From assembly GCA_040954595.2 (NCBI GenBank), contig CM082584.2:1102281-1166280 (forward strand): DNA of 64,000 nucleotides. The letters are read 5' to 3'. Numbering within the stretch: the first letter of the stretch is position 1; each line of letters opens with the position of its first letter. This stretch comes from Balanoglossus misakiensis. Taxonomy: Eukaryota; Animalia; Hemichordata. The position numbers and the translations under genes were made by a program. Shown piece after piece: positions 40,060 to 52,100 of this stretch. The notes under the pieces are model-generated. The model saw only the letters and a list, made by a program, of their open reading frames with translations. It ran no database searches and had not been told where the DNA came from.

Positions 40060-43000
40060 TATTTTTAATTTATTTTGTATGTTCAGGTAATCATATGGAT
40101 TTGTATGGAATCACATACACATTAATTAAAGACTATCATATCACAGAAGTCGAGCCTCCACATGTGTAAGGTAACCATTTAGGTTTCATGACTAAGTTTG
40201 TTTAAGAATTCATAAAGCACGAATTCTACCTAATGAATGAATTTTCTTAGAATTTCACAACTGTGACAGGGTTTGCAGTTATGCGAAAAAGTGTTATTAT
40301 TCACATACGAAACTTTTCGTAAACATTTTTCTGATGGCAATGCATTTAACTTTGAACAAATATTGACGTCAGTTAGTAGTGCTATTTTGTCAGTGAAATT
40401 GCTTCATCATCATCCCTCCAACCAAAGTTGAAACTGAGTTGCAAATATTGCACAGCTTGAAATCATAAAATGTCGCAAAATTGAACCAACCATTCGGTCA
40501 ACGATTATGTTCTTACAGCTATTATTAGAAGCAGACAGTCTCAGGGAACAAGATACATGGGCCTGATTTGCAAACTGAGTTGGAACTAACCTTGCCTGCC
40601 CATGGATGCGCCAATTCAGTGAATCTTATCGTATTAAAAATGAATATGGAGAACTATTCTCTGTGTTGTGATTGTTAGCCTACATGTATACATATGTACC
40701 TTGAGTGATTCCACTTTCTTCAGTGTCCTGTGAATTCAGTTGCCATAACTTGCGCTTCACACAGCGCATACATGTAGGTCTAATCAATTGGGCAACTGGG
40801 TCTTACAATATTATCTGATGCCTCTTACTGGCCGAAGGACCACAAGTTGCATTTTCACATCGCATATAAATAGAAAACCCATTAATTTCTACTGTATGAT
40901 TTTATTGACGATTCAATAGTTTCATGACTGTTAGTGTTAATTACAATACCTAAATTCCCAAATGAAAGCATGCTGTCAGTTTTCATGTGATTGATATTAA
41001 TTTTACAATTTCAAAATATGCTTAGCTCTGAATGATTATGAACATATCAAACTTCATGTTAAATAAACTGTCTTGATATTGTATACATTAAGGCCTACTA
41101 CCAGTGTCACAACATTGATTTCCTGCATTTTTGCTCATGCCTTCTGACCAGTCAGTTGCCTCTGTATGTGTGTATGTAGTATGTATGGATGTATGTATGT
41201 CTGTCCACATCAAAAACTTGAAAACCCCTTCGCGTATCCCCTTGATATTTGGTGTGTAGATGTAGGCCAGCCTGTAAATAGGATTTTGTTCATATTAAGA
41301 AGGTTGAAGTATTTTCATGATTGGTTTTATTTGATTACTCCAGAAACATACAATACAGAGTCTGTGTGGTAAGTCTTGATATTGGGTTTTTAGATGCAGG
41401 CACGCCTGTTCAAATGAAATATGCTAATTACCTGGAGCAATGTGAAATTGATCAAAACTCAGAAACTCAACAACTGGTCAGATTGCTTTGAACATTTGTA
41501 TGCATGTAGCTTATGTCACGCCTGATATACTTTCAGCTAATATCGTGAATTGTATCTAGAATTTAGTAAGCTATTTCCTATAGGTAATCTTTGTTAGTAT
41601 TGTTTAAATTGTGGCAAAATTTGTAATTTTTGGGAAATGTAATTTTGTCATTTTTGGTCAAAAATCATTTTCTCTGAAACTCCATGTCAGGTCAGGTTGC
41701 ATTTAAATTTTGGTTTGCTTGTTCCATGAGGTAACCCAAGTAATGTTGTATATCATTTTGGTGAAATTTGCATATTTGTGGTCTTGAGGCAATTTTTGCA
41801 ATTTGTATTCTTTGAAACCGCATGTCAAATTGCTTTCAATTTTGGTAGGCATGTTCCTTGTGGTGATTGAAGTGAGATATTGTTGGATTTGTTGATATCT
41901 GAATTTTTGTGGTTGAGGCAGTTTTTGTCATTGTTGAAGAAATGTTGTTTTCACTGAAAATACTCCGATTCCTGTGAAATTGTATTAGGTTACCTGGTAG
42001 GTCATATCTGCTTGGCAATGTCACAGCGGTGTACACACCTATTTTTGTGTAATCCAAAGTGTGTAATAACCTAGCAAATATTTACTAGTAAATCATGTAT
42101 GTTCTACTTCTTACAAGGTTGAAGTATGTTGATGTCTGGGTTAAATGGGATTCTTCAGAAACATACAATACAGAGTCTGTGGTACAGTTCATGGTCACAT
42201 TCAGAATTACCTAGTCTATATCCAGCCGTGTTCTGTCCGCTTTGCTTCCAAAAGTATCGTCTAGTGTCATGCATGCCACTTGCCCAATAATCTGACACCC
42301 CTTGCTGGGAAATTTGATGTAACAAGTATCCCTTAGTGAAATTATTAACATAAATTGAACAATGTTGATTTGGCGTAAGATTATAGTGAAGGCAGGGCTT
42401 ATTACATTGAAAATGCTATCCAGCCTTAATTACACATTATGAATATCCTTTGTCCAATCATTGGAAAAACAATGTACCGTAGACTTGCATAGCACTTTGA
42501 AGGTGAATCGCAAGTGGTCACTTTAATTACATTACCTCAAGCAGTCTTTTACATGTAGCTATAATACGACAAACATTCCCAGTGTAATTAACATCACTGT
42601 TGTTATTAGTATCTATCTCCGATAAGTATCAAGTCTGCCTTATGTTATTTTAAGTCAATTGTCAGGTTCATGTACATATTTTACAACTTATCTATCTTGT
42701 CAAAAACTTTCGCATGTACCTAATTCTAGGCTTACCAGTAGGGTTATAGATACAGTGTATTATATTAACATGCATTAATATGAAACTAAATGTTGATGGT
42801 TAATTAAAGACCCCCTTGAGCTATGGTAACCTCATTAAATATGTGCATATCTTATTCTAGTGGATGTGGTAACCTGGACATGGACAACTCAGGGGTCAAA
42901 ATCTGTTGACAAACTTTTGGGTGATCTTGGGTAAACTTTGACCTACATTCCTATATCTTGGCATCCGGCACAGATACATCCTTGACACTTGGAGTTATGG

Positions 43001-46000
43001 AACTATGTAATGGAATATTATGTCTTGCCTCATTAATTATGTACATACCTAATGCCAGCCTAACCAATAGGGCTGGAAGTCTGCCTTTTTTTGGACATGA
43101 TACATTTGAGATCAACATTTTTCTACAGCAGCCAGCCTTCTCTTAAAAAGAATGGACAATATAAAGGCTTTGCTGGTATTATTTTAATTTATTTTGTATG
43201 TTCAGGTAATCATATGGATTTGTATGGAATCACATACACATTAATTAAAGACTATCATATCACAGAAGTCGAGCCTCCACATGTGTAAGGTAACCATTTA
43301 GGTTTCATGACTAAGTTTGTTTAAGAATTCATAAAGCACGAATTCTACCTAATGAATGAATTTTCTTAGAATTTCACAACTGTGACAGGGTTTGCAGTTA
43401 TGCGAAAAAGTGTTATTATTCACATACGAAACTTTTCGTAAACATTTTTCTGATGGCAATGCATTTAACTTTGAACAAATATTGACGTCAGTTAGTAGTG
43501 CTATTTTGTCAGTGAAATTGCTTCATCATCATCCCTCCAACCAAAGTTGAAACTGAGTTGCAAATATTGCACAGCTTGAAATCATAAAATGTCGCAAAAT
43601 TGAACCAACCATTCGGTCAACGATTATGTTCTTACAGCTATTATTAGAAGCAGACAGTCTCAGGGAACAAGATACATGGGCCTGATTTGCAAACTGAGTT
43701 GGAACTAACCTTGCCTGCCCATGGATGCGCCAATTCAGTGAATCTTATCGTATTAAAAATGAATATGGAGAACTATTCTCTGTGTTGTGATTGTTAGCCT
43801 ACATGTATACATATGTACCTTGAGTGATTCCACTTTCTTCAGTGTCCTGTGAATTCAGTTGCCATAACTTGCGCTTCACACAGCGCATACATGTAGGTCT
43901 AATCAATTGGGCAACTGGGTCTTACAATATTATCTGATGCCTCTTACTGGCCGAAGGACCACAAGTTGCATTTTCACATCGCATATAAATAGAAAACCCA
44001 TTAATTTCTACTGTATGATTTTATTGACGATTCAATAGTTTCATGACTGTTAGTGTTAATTACAATACCTAAATTCCCAAATGAAAGCATGCTGTCAGTT
44101 TTCATGTGATTGATATTAATTTTACAATTTCAAAATATGCTTAGCTCTGAATGATTATGAACATATCAAACTTCATGTTAAATAAACTGTCTTGATATTG
44201 TATACATTAAGGCCTACTACCAGTGTCACAACATTGATTTCCTGCATTTTTGCTCATGCCTTCTGACCAGTCAGTTGCCTCTGTATGTGTGTATGTAGTA
44301 TGTATGGATGTATGTATGTCTGTCCACATCAAAAACTTGAAAACCCCTTCGCGTATCCCCTTGATATTTGGTGTGTAGATGTAGGCCAGCCTGTAAATAG
44401 GATTTTGTTCATATTAAGAAGGTTGAAGTATTTTCATGATTGGTTTTATTTGATTACTCCAGAAACATACAATACAGAGTCTGTGTGGTAAGTCTTGATA
44501 TTGGGTTTTTAGATGCAGGCACGCCTGTTCAAATGAAATATGCTAATTACCTGGAGCAATGTGAAATTGATCAAAACTCAGAAACTCAACAACTGGTCAG
44601 ATTGCTTTGAACATTTGTATGCATGTAGCTTATGTCACGCCTGATATACTTTCAGCTAATATCGTGAATTGTATCTAGAATTTAGTAAGCTATTTCCTAT
44701 AGGTAATCTTTGTTAGTATTGTTTAAATTGTGGCAAAATTTGTAATTTTTGGGAAATGTAATTTTGTCATTTTTGGTCAAAAATCATTTTCTCTGAAACT
44801 CCATGTCAGGTCAGGTTGCATTTAAATTTTGGTTTGCTTGTTCCATGAGGTAACCCAAGTAATGTTGTATATCATTTTGGTGAAATTTGCATATTTGTGG
44901 TCTTGAGGCAATTTTTGCAATTTGTATTCTTTGAAACCGCATGTCAAATTGCTTTCAATTTTGGTAGGCATGTTCCTTGTGGTGATTGAAGTGAGATATT
45001 GTTGGATTTGTTGATATCTGAATTTTTGTGGTTGAGGCAGTTTTTGTCATTGTTGAAGAAATGTTGTTTTCACTGAAAATACTCCGATTCCTGTGAAATT
45101 GTATTAGGTTACCTGGTAGGTCATATCTGCTTGGCAATGTCACAGCGGTGTACACACCTATTTTTGTGTAATCCAAAGTGTGTAATAACCTAGCAAATAT
45201 TTACTAGTAAATCATGTATGTTCTACTTCTTACAAGGTTGAAGTATGTTGATGTCTGGGTTAAATGGGATTCTTCAGAAACATACAATACAGAGTCTGTG
45301 GTACAGTTCATGGTCACATTCAGAATTACCTAGTCTATATCCAGCCGTGTTCTGTCCGCTTTGCTTCCAAAAGTATCGTCTAGTGTCATGCATGCCACTT
45401 GCCCAATAATCTGACACCCCTTGCTGGGAAATTTGATGTAACAAGTATCCCTTAGTGAAATTATTAACATAAATTGAACAATGTTGATTTGGCGTAAGAT
45501 TATAGTGAAGGCAGGGCTTATTACATTGAAAATGCTATCCAGCCTTAATTACACATTATGAATATCCTTTGTCCAATCATTGGAAAAACAATGTACCGTA
45601 GACTTGCATAGCACTTTGAAGGTGAATCGCAAGTGGTCACTTTAATTACATTACCTCAAGCAGTCTTTTACATGTAGCTATAATACGACAAACATTCCCA
45701 GTGTAATTAACATCACTGTTGTTATTAGTATCTATCTCCGATAAGTATCAAGTCTGCCTTATGTTATTTTAAGTCAATTGTCAGGTTCATGTACATATTT
45801 TACAACTTATCTATCTTGTCAAAAATTTTCGCATGTACCTAATTCTAGGCTTACCAGTAGGGTTATAGATACAGTGTATTATATTAACATGCATTAATAT
45901 GAAACTAAATGTTGATGGTTAATTAAAGACCCCCTTGAGCTATGGTAACCTCATTAAATATGTGCATATCTTATTCTAGTGGATGTGGTAACCTGGACAT

Positions 46001-46298
46001 GGACAACTCAGGGGTCAAAATCTGTTGACAAACTTTTGGGTGATCTTGGGTAAACTTTGACCTACATTCCTATATCTTGGCATCCGGCACAGATACATCC
46101 TTGACACTTGGAGTTATGGAACTATGTAATGGAATATTATGTCTTGCCTCATTAATTATGTACATACCTAATGCCAGCCTAACCAATAGGGCTGGAAGTC
46201 TGCCTTTTTTTGGACATGATACATTTGAGATCAACATTTTTCTACAGCAGCCAGCCTTCTCTTAAAAAGAATGGACAATATAAAGGCTTTGCTGGTAT
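40060..46298. repeat. Near-perfect 3119-bp tandem duplication (40060-43179 / 43180-46298)
   Basis: Identical ORF pairs offset by 3119 (41166/44285, 41836/44955, 42958/46077); junction at ~43179 with GTAT microhomology. Confidence 0.97.
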
Positions 46299-47803
46299 AC
46301 TGAACTTTGGACTCCCTCCCTGAGACTGTGTGCCAATGACGGGATAGCCTACTCAGCGTTGGGTAGATCCTAAGAAGGCCTCAGCCAGGCATCAGATACA
46401 AAAAGCGGAAATCCAAGCTTTAATGGTGGGTTACATCGTTAACTTCCCTGCAGAGCTGATTTCTCAGACTGTGAGCCAATGACGGGTAAAGCCCCTAGGT
46501 AGGGGCCACCTAAGACAGGCCGGTCATGCTTTAGTCACAAAGAAGGGCAAGTTCAGTCATACCATAACTTTGTCTGCTGTATATGCTTCATAATGATTGC
46601 ATGGTATTTTGAGAATACATTGTCTTAAGGCAGTGTGACCAGCTAAAAAGTACTGGCAAACACAGCCAATGTGTAATAAAAAACATCTAATTTGGCTGAA
46701 TAAAAGACATAAAACACAGCAAAAGCACTGTGACTAGCTGAGACATAATACTCCATTATGCATTTCCATCACTCCAAGTGTCAAGGTTGCATCTGCTCTG
46801 GATGCCAAGATATAGTAATGTTGGTCAAGGTTTACCCAAAGTCACCCAAAGTTCTGTCAAACAATTTTGACCCCAATGTTGTCCATGTTTAGGTTTCTCC
46901 CTCCACTTGATAGCCTACAATTAGATATGCAAATATTTAATGACATTACCATAGATTAAGGCGGTCCTAAATTAACCATGAAATTATAGTTTCATGTTAA
47001 TTCTTGTTATTACAAAACACTGTATCTATAACCCTTCTGGAAGCCATACTTTGTTTCATGCTACCCAATATGTGAAAGTAGGTAAAAAATCAGCCAAGGT
47101 TATTTGAAATTTTGCTGAAAAAAATCCGGTCCCTGACATTTGGTAAAGGGGTCAAGACACTTGGCAACAAATTGTTGTCCCAGATTAGAACATATTCATA
47201 AAAAACTCAGGGAAAGAAGGAAGTTTTTCACAGCTTTGGTGCTTCAAATAGTAGAGAGGTTCCCAAGTTATTTCAATGAAACCTTAATGTCAACATTACA
47301 TCGTTAGACTCGAACTCATCTGGCATAAAGCTGCTAGTTAAAGCCCTAAGGGTTGTGCCACTTTTTCATTATTTTCATCTAAGATTTGTCAATCTAAATA
47401 AGCTTACTGCTAGGTATACATCTACATGAACATCTTGTTGACTGACGATTGTGGCTGTAATTTAAAGAAGTCAGATATTTAACAGGTACCACACCTGTTT
47501 AATCTGCCTCTATACAAAGGGTACACATCTATAGTGGTATGCATCACCTAGATATGACAAACATAAGCACTACAAGTAATATGGCTTTATGGTGGCGATT
47601 TTGAAGGATGTGGAGAAGATTTGAAAAACACTCTTGAGGAAAAAGATGTGTTAAATCTTTGAAATGTGTTTTATTCTTTGGTTCCCATTTCGTATATGTC
47701 TATCTACCACTGGGACCAATGTGAAATTGGTGGAAACTGGTCAAATTGCTTTAGAAATTGGTGTGTATTCATTTTGAGACCTCATGGATTTTTTTTCATT
47801 TTT

Positions 47804-47841
47804 AGCTCACGTGAAAATCACGTGAGCTTATGGTTTAGCGA

Positions 47842-47874
<33 letters not shown>

Positions 47875-50151
47875 GTGTGTGTGTCTGTCTGTATACCCGA
47901 TATCTAAAGAACCGCTGAACCGATTTCAACCAAATTTAGTACACAGGTTCAGATATCATATGGCAAGAACTGAAAAGGTTTTGGTGCGTGTGGCTTTGAT
48001 ATTAATGAAGTTATTTAAGTTTTAATTTTTCTATTACATGATTGTCTATGTGAGCTTTCGTTAATGCCGCATATATGACCAGTGGAAACGATAGTTTGAG
48101 GAGATCGACAGTTTGAGGGCGCTGTGAAATGAGACATTCCTGGCGATATTGCCGTGGTTCTGTCCATGCTCAGACGCTGTACCCGTCGTTACGAATAACT
48201 TCCCTACGTGAATCCACAAGGAAGCTAACGTTGTTTAGTTGCTTCATAGAGCGTAAATTGTTAATCTACAGGACCGTCAGACGAATACTCTTTTCAAATG
48301 AAGTTTGAAACTACTTACGAGTAAGTTAGTGGAGACAATATGGCGGATAGTTGGCGTGCAGCCGAATCCGCGTTATGACTATGACGTGACCCATTCATCA
48401 AGACAAACCGTAAATGATTCACGCATATTGTGGTCCTCACGCAGTCAATCTCAAAATGTCACCAGGCTTTCTATTTGTCTATTGTTCAGAGAAAAATAAC
48501 GTGGCGGTTGATCACACTCAACAGTAAAATCCGTTTTGTGAGTTTATAGACAGTCTGTTATCGCCAATACTATATAGCGATTGCTAGATGGCTTACCCAA
48601 TATGTGATCGAGCGAGAATGATAACATTGAATGTCTGTTCAGATCTCATTCCGTACGTCATACGTCAACATTTCGATTTCAATTTAATCCATTCATAAAG
48701 AATTTAGAGAAAGTCGTCTTGAATTGTGACCCCGACTATCAATTTTACGATGATTTTTTGGCGACGGAATACACGAGACGCCATTGCATAACTACGTCAG
48801 CTGGACTTCCAAGGTTACCATTTTGTGTGTATGGAATCTTATCACAGAGACTACGTACTTTGACAATATGCCATGCTATATCAATGACGCCCCAGAAAAT
48901 TTGTCGAAAAATGAATTTGTCTTCTCATGGTGGTGCAATATATTTTAATGTCTATTTTGAGGTTGATTTTGGTTTTTGGCTAACATGTATATCAATGTCA
49001 GCTTATAGCATAAGTTGGTGTCCGTCGTCTATGTATGTCTGTATGTGTGCCTCATACAGAATTATGTATTTTGCGAATGGATCAGTTTCGTCTAAATGTA
49101 TTGATGTATGTATGTGTATGTCCATCAACATCAAAAACTTGAAACTACTGATATTTAGTGTGTACATAGAAATTGTTATTGCAAAAAAATGCATACTGGT
49201 ATTAACTGGAAAAATGTTCAAGTAGTCAAAATTGAAAAACTTAATAACAGCGGATCAGATTCAGTTAAAAATTGGCGTGCATTGGTGTGCAAGTACTATG
49301 GGAAGACCTCGTATGATTTTGTTCAGGTGGAGTCAGTATCTGGCGTTTGCTATTTTTTATGAATTTTTGGGGGAATTTTCTGCAGTTTTGTTAAAAAAAA
49401 TTCTTCTCTGAAATTACATGTCCAATTGATTGGAAACTTGGTATGGAGGTTCATAGGGCTTACCTGAATCACATTTGTGCAAACGGTGGTGAAATTTGCA
49501 AAAATGCATTTTTGGGCAATATTTCCTGTTTTTGTCAAAAAATCAAATCCCGTGAAACTGTAAGTGCAATTGTTTTGATACTTTGTATTTGGGTTTCTAG
49601 GGGTGATCTCAGTCAGATATGATCAAATTGTAAAGAAATTTGCATAATTGTATTTTTTGGGAATTCTGCAGGGTTTGGCCAAATAGTCTTCAGTAAAACC
49701 ACAAGTCCAATTGATTGGAAACTTTGAATGGGAATTCATATATGTGATATCAGTCAGATTTGTCTGAATTACCTGTTGTTTGCCAAAATGTCTTCCTTAT
49801 TGAAACTTGTTAAAGAGGTTCTTAGGCATGAACAGAAATCAGATTTGTTGAAATCTGGTGAAATATTCATACTTTTTGGTATATTTCTTGCCATTTTTGA
49901 TCAACGAGTTTTAGAATTCCATAGACTTATCTTTTTATGCAGTTCAGGATGGGGTACATGACTCATAACCCCTTACAAAAATTGACAAGGCAACAATTCC
50001 ACAAACATGTTTACATTTCACAATGGTGCAACACACAACCCTTACACCATAAACACTATAAACCAAATTGGTTTAACACTGGTTTTTCTAATCTTGTTAT
50101 TCTGTCAACCAATCACAGTACTGCACGTGAGCATATTCAGTTAATATCTGG
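47804..50151 (+). mobile_element. Helentron-associated non-autonomous element, right arm only
   Basis: TTTT|AGCTCACGTG-AAAAT-CACGTGAGCT, then (GT)n, and a 3' subTIR CACGTGAGCA at ~50124. Inserted in a T-run without a TSD; empty site at ~25865. Confidence 0.8.
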
Positions 50152-51277
50152 TTTGAAGTATATTTTTGGGGTGATTTTGGTCAAATACTCAAAAACCTCT
50201 ACTCACAGTTCTTTGAAATTTGGTTTGCAGGTTTCTAGGTGTGTTATCACGACATTTTAACAAATCCTATGATGGAACTGTCAATATAGTTTTTGTGGAC
50301 AATTTTTGCCATTTTTGTTTGATTGCTTTGCAATTTTTTGTTTTGCAGTTTCCAGGGGATTTTTTTACTGTGATATATCATAAATGTTCTGAAAATGAAA
50401 AAATTGTATTTTGGGGGCATAAAAAAAATTCTCAGAAAGTGCATGGTTGATCACTTTAAAAGTTTAGTTGTGAGTTAATGATATGTGCTTCTTTAGAATG
50501 ATAATTGAATCAAATCATAGCTGAATTAGTTTTTTTGTTTATTTTGTTTGATATTTTTTCCTTATACCTCAAAAATTGTTATTATAAAAGGGAAATTACC
50601 ATTACATAGTTGTTTGCAATTAAGGAGGACCCCCTCCCCCACTGAAAATCGTATACACCTTGATCTCTCTATGTCTGTATTCATGTCTGTATGTATGTTT
50701 TACAAATGTATGCTCCCAATAAGAGTGAAATGATTTTTTTTATCGTAATACTTCTAAAGTGATTATTTCCTATGAGATGTGCAGACTTATTACCTAATCG
50801 TTTCTGAAATTCTACCTCATGCTGTGTATGAAAAGTCTAATATATGTCATTGTCAAGATCCCCAAAACAGGCTGATATAGTATCACATAACATTTGATAA
50901 AAGTATCCCAAACAGTGTGGCAATTTTGGTATACAGAAAAAAACACTAGAATGACAACAGCTACATGTATGTAGGCTAGCAATAGGAACACAGATAACAA
51001 TTCTCCATATTCATTTTTAAATACGATAAGATTCGCTGAAATTGGCACATCTGTGTGCAGGCAAAGTCAGTTCCAACTCGGCTTGCAAATCGGACCAATG
51101 TCTCTTGTTCGGTGAGACTGTATGGTTCTAGTAATAGATGTAAGAACTTGATCATTGACCAAACTCTTGGTTCAATTTTGCAACATTTTATGATTTCAAG
51201 CTGTACATATTTAACTCCGTTTCAACTATAGTTGGAGGGATAACATTGGAGCCATTTCACTGACAAAATAGCGCTTA

Positions 51278-52100
51278 GGGACCATTCAGTTTTTACGGTG
51301 GGGGGAGGCTGGCAAAATCCAGGGGGTCACTTAAATTTTGAAATCCAAAAGAGGGAGTCATTTTTTTTTCAAACGTTTAGGGGGGAGGTCATATACATGT
51401 ACCCACCGATGCTAACTTTGAGTGGAGTAGCAACAGTAAAATTGGTCCTTTCAAACATTGAGATAATTTGCTTTTGACTTCATTAAAATGCAACTTTGAG
51501 CTACATATTTTACAAAGTTTTCTTATGTGGAAGGGGGACATCCCCTCCCACACCCATCCCCTTATTTCTTCGCCACATATAGTGTACCAGGGCAGAATAC
51601 TTGGCATCCCACCCCCACTGATGTTAACTTTGAGTGGCAAAAGTCAAATTTGTCCTCCCCAACATTAAGTTAATTTGCCTTTGAGTTCATTAAAATGCAT
51701 TAATTGTATTTTACAAAATTGTCCTACGTACACCCACCCCTTCCACTTTTCTTGTTTTACCAATTCTACCAACTATTGTATTGACGTGTCCTTTTAATTT
51801 ATCCATAGACCTTCTTTATTGCAACGCTATACTATTATACACTTCAAATTATAAATTGCTTTAAGAAATTTAGAATTGAGGTGTGAGGAGACCCTTTACC
51901 TTTATTGCATACAGTCAGTGTACATAAGATAAGGATGGCAAATGTTTTCGGGGTGGGAGGAGGGTCATCATATTTTGGTCCTGTCAAAGGGGGGGGGGGT
52001 CATCATTTTTTTGGTCCTGGTTGAAGGGGGTGTCGGCCTGATTTTGAAAACCAATGACACAAACTTTTGCCCCCCCCCTCCACCAAAACTGAACAGTCCC
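51278..52100. mobile_element. PIF/Harbinger-type MITE, right arm only
   Basis: TTA|GGGACCATTCAGTTTT...AAAACTGAACAGTCCC|TTA; empty site at ~24765. Confidence 0.85.

Noticed and set aside
48719-49225. 168-aa ORF
   Set aside because: Lies inside a non-autonomous repeat, includes microsatellite-derived MYVCM text and has no recognisable domain.
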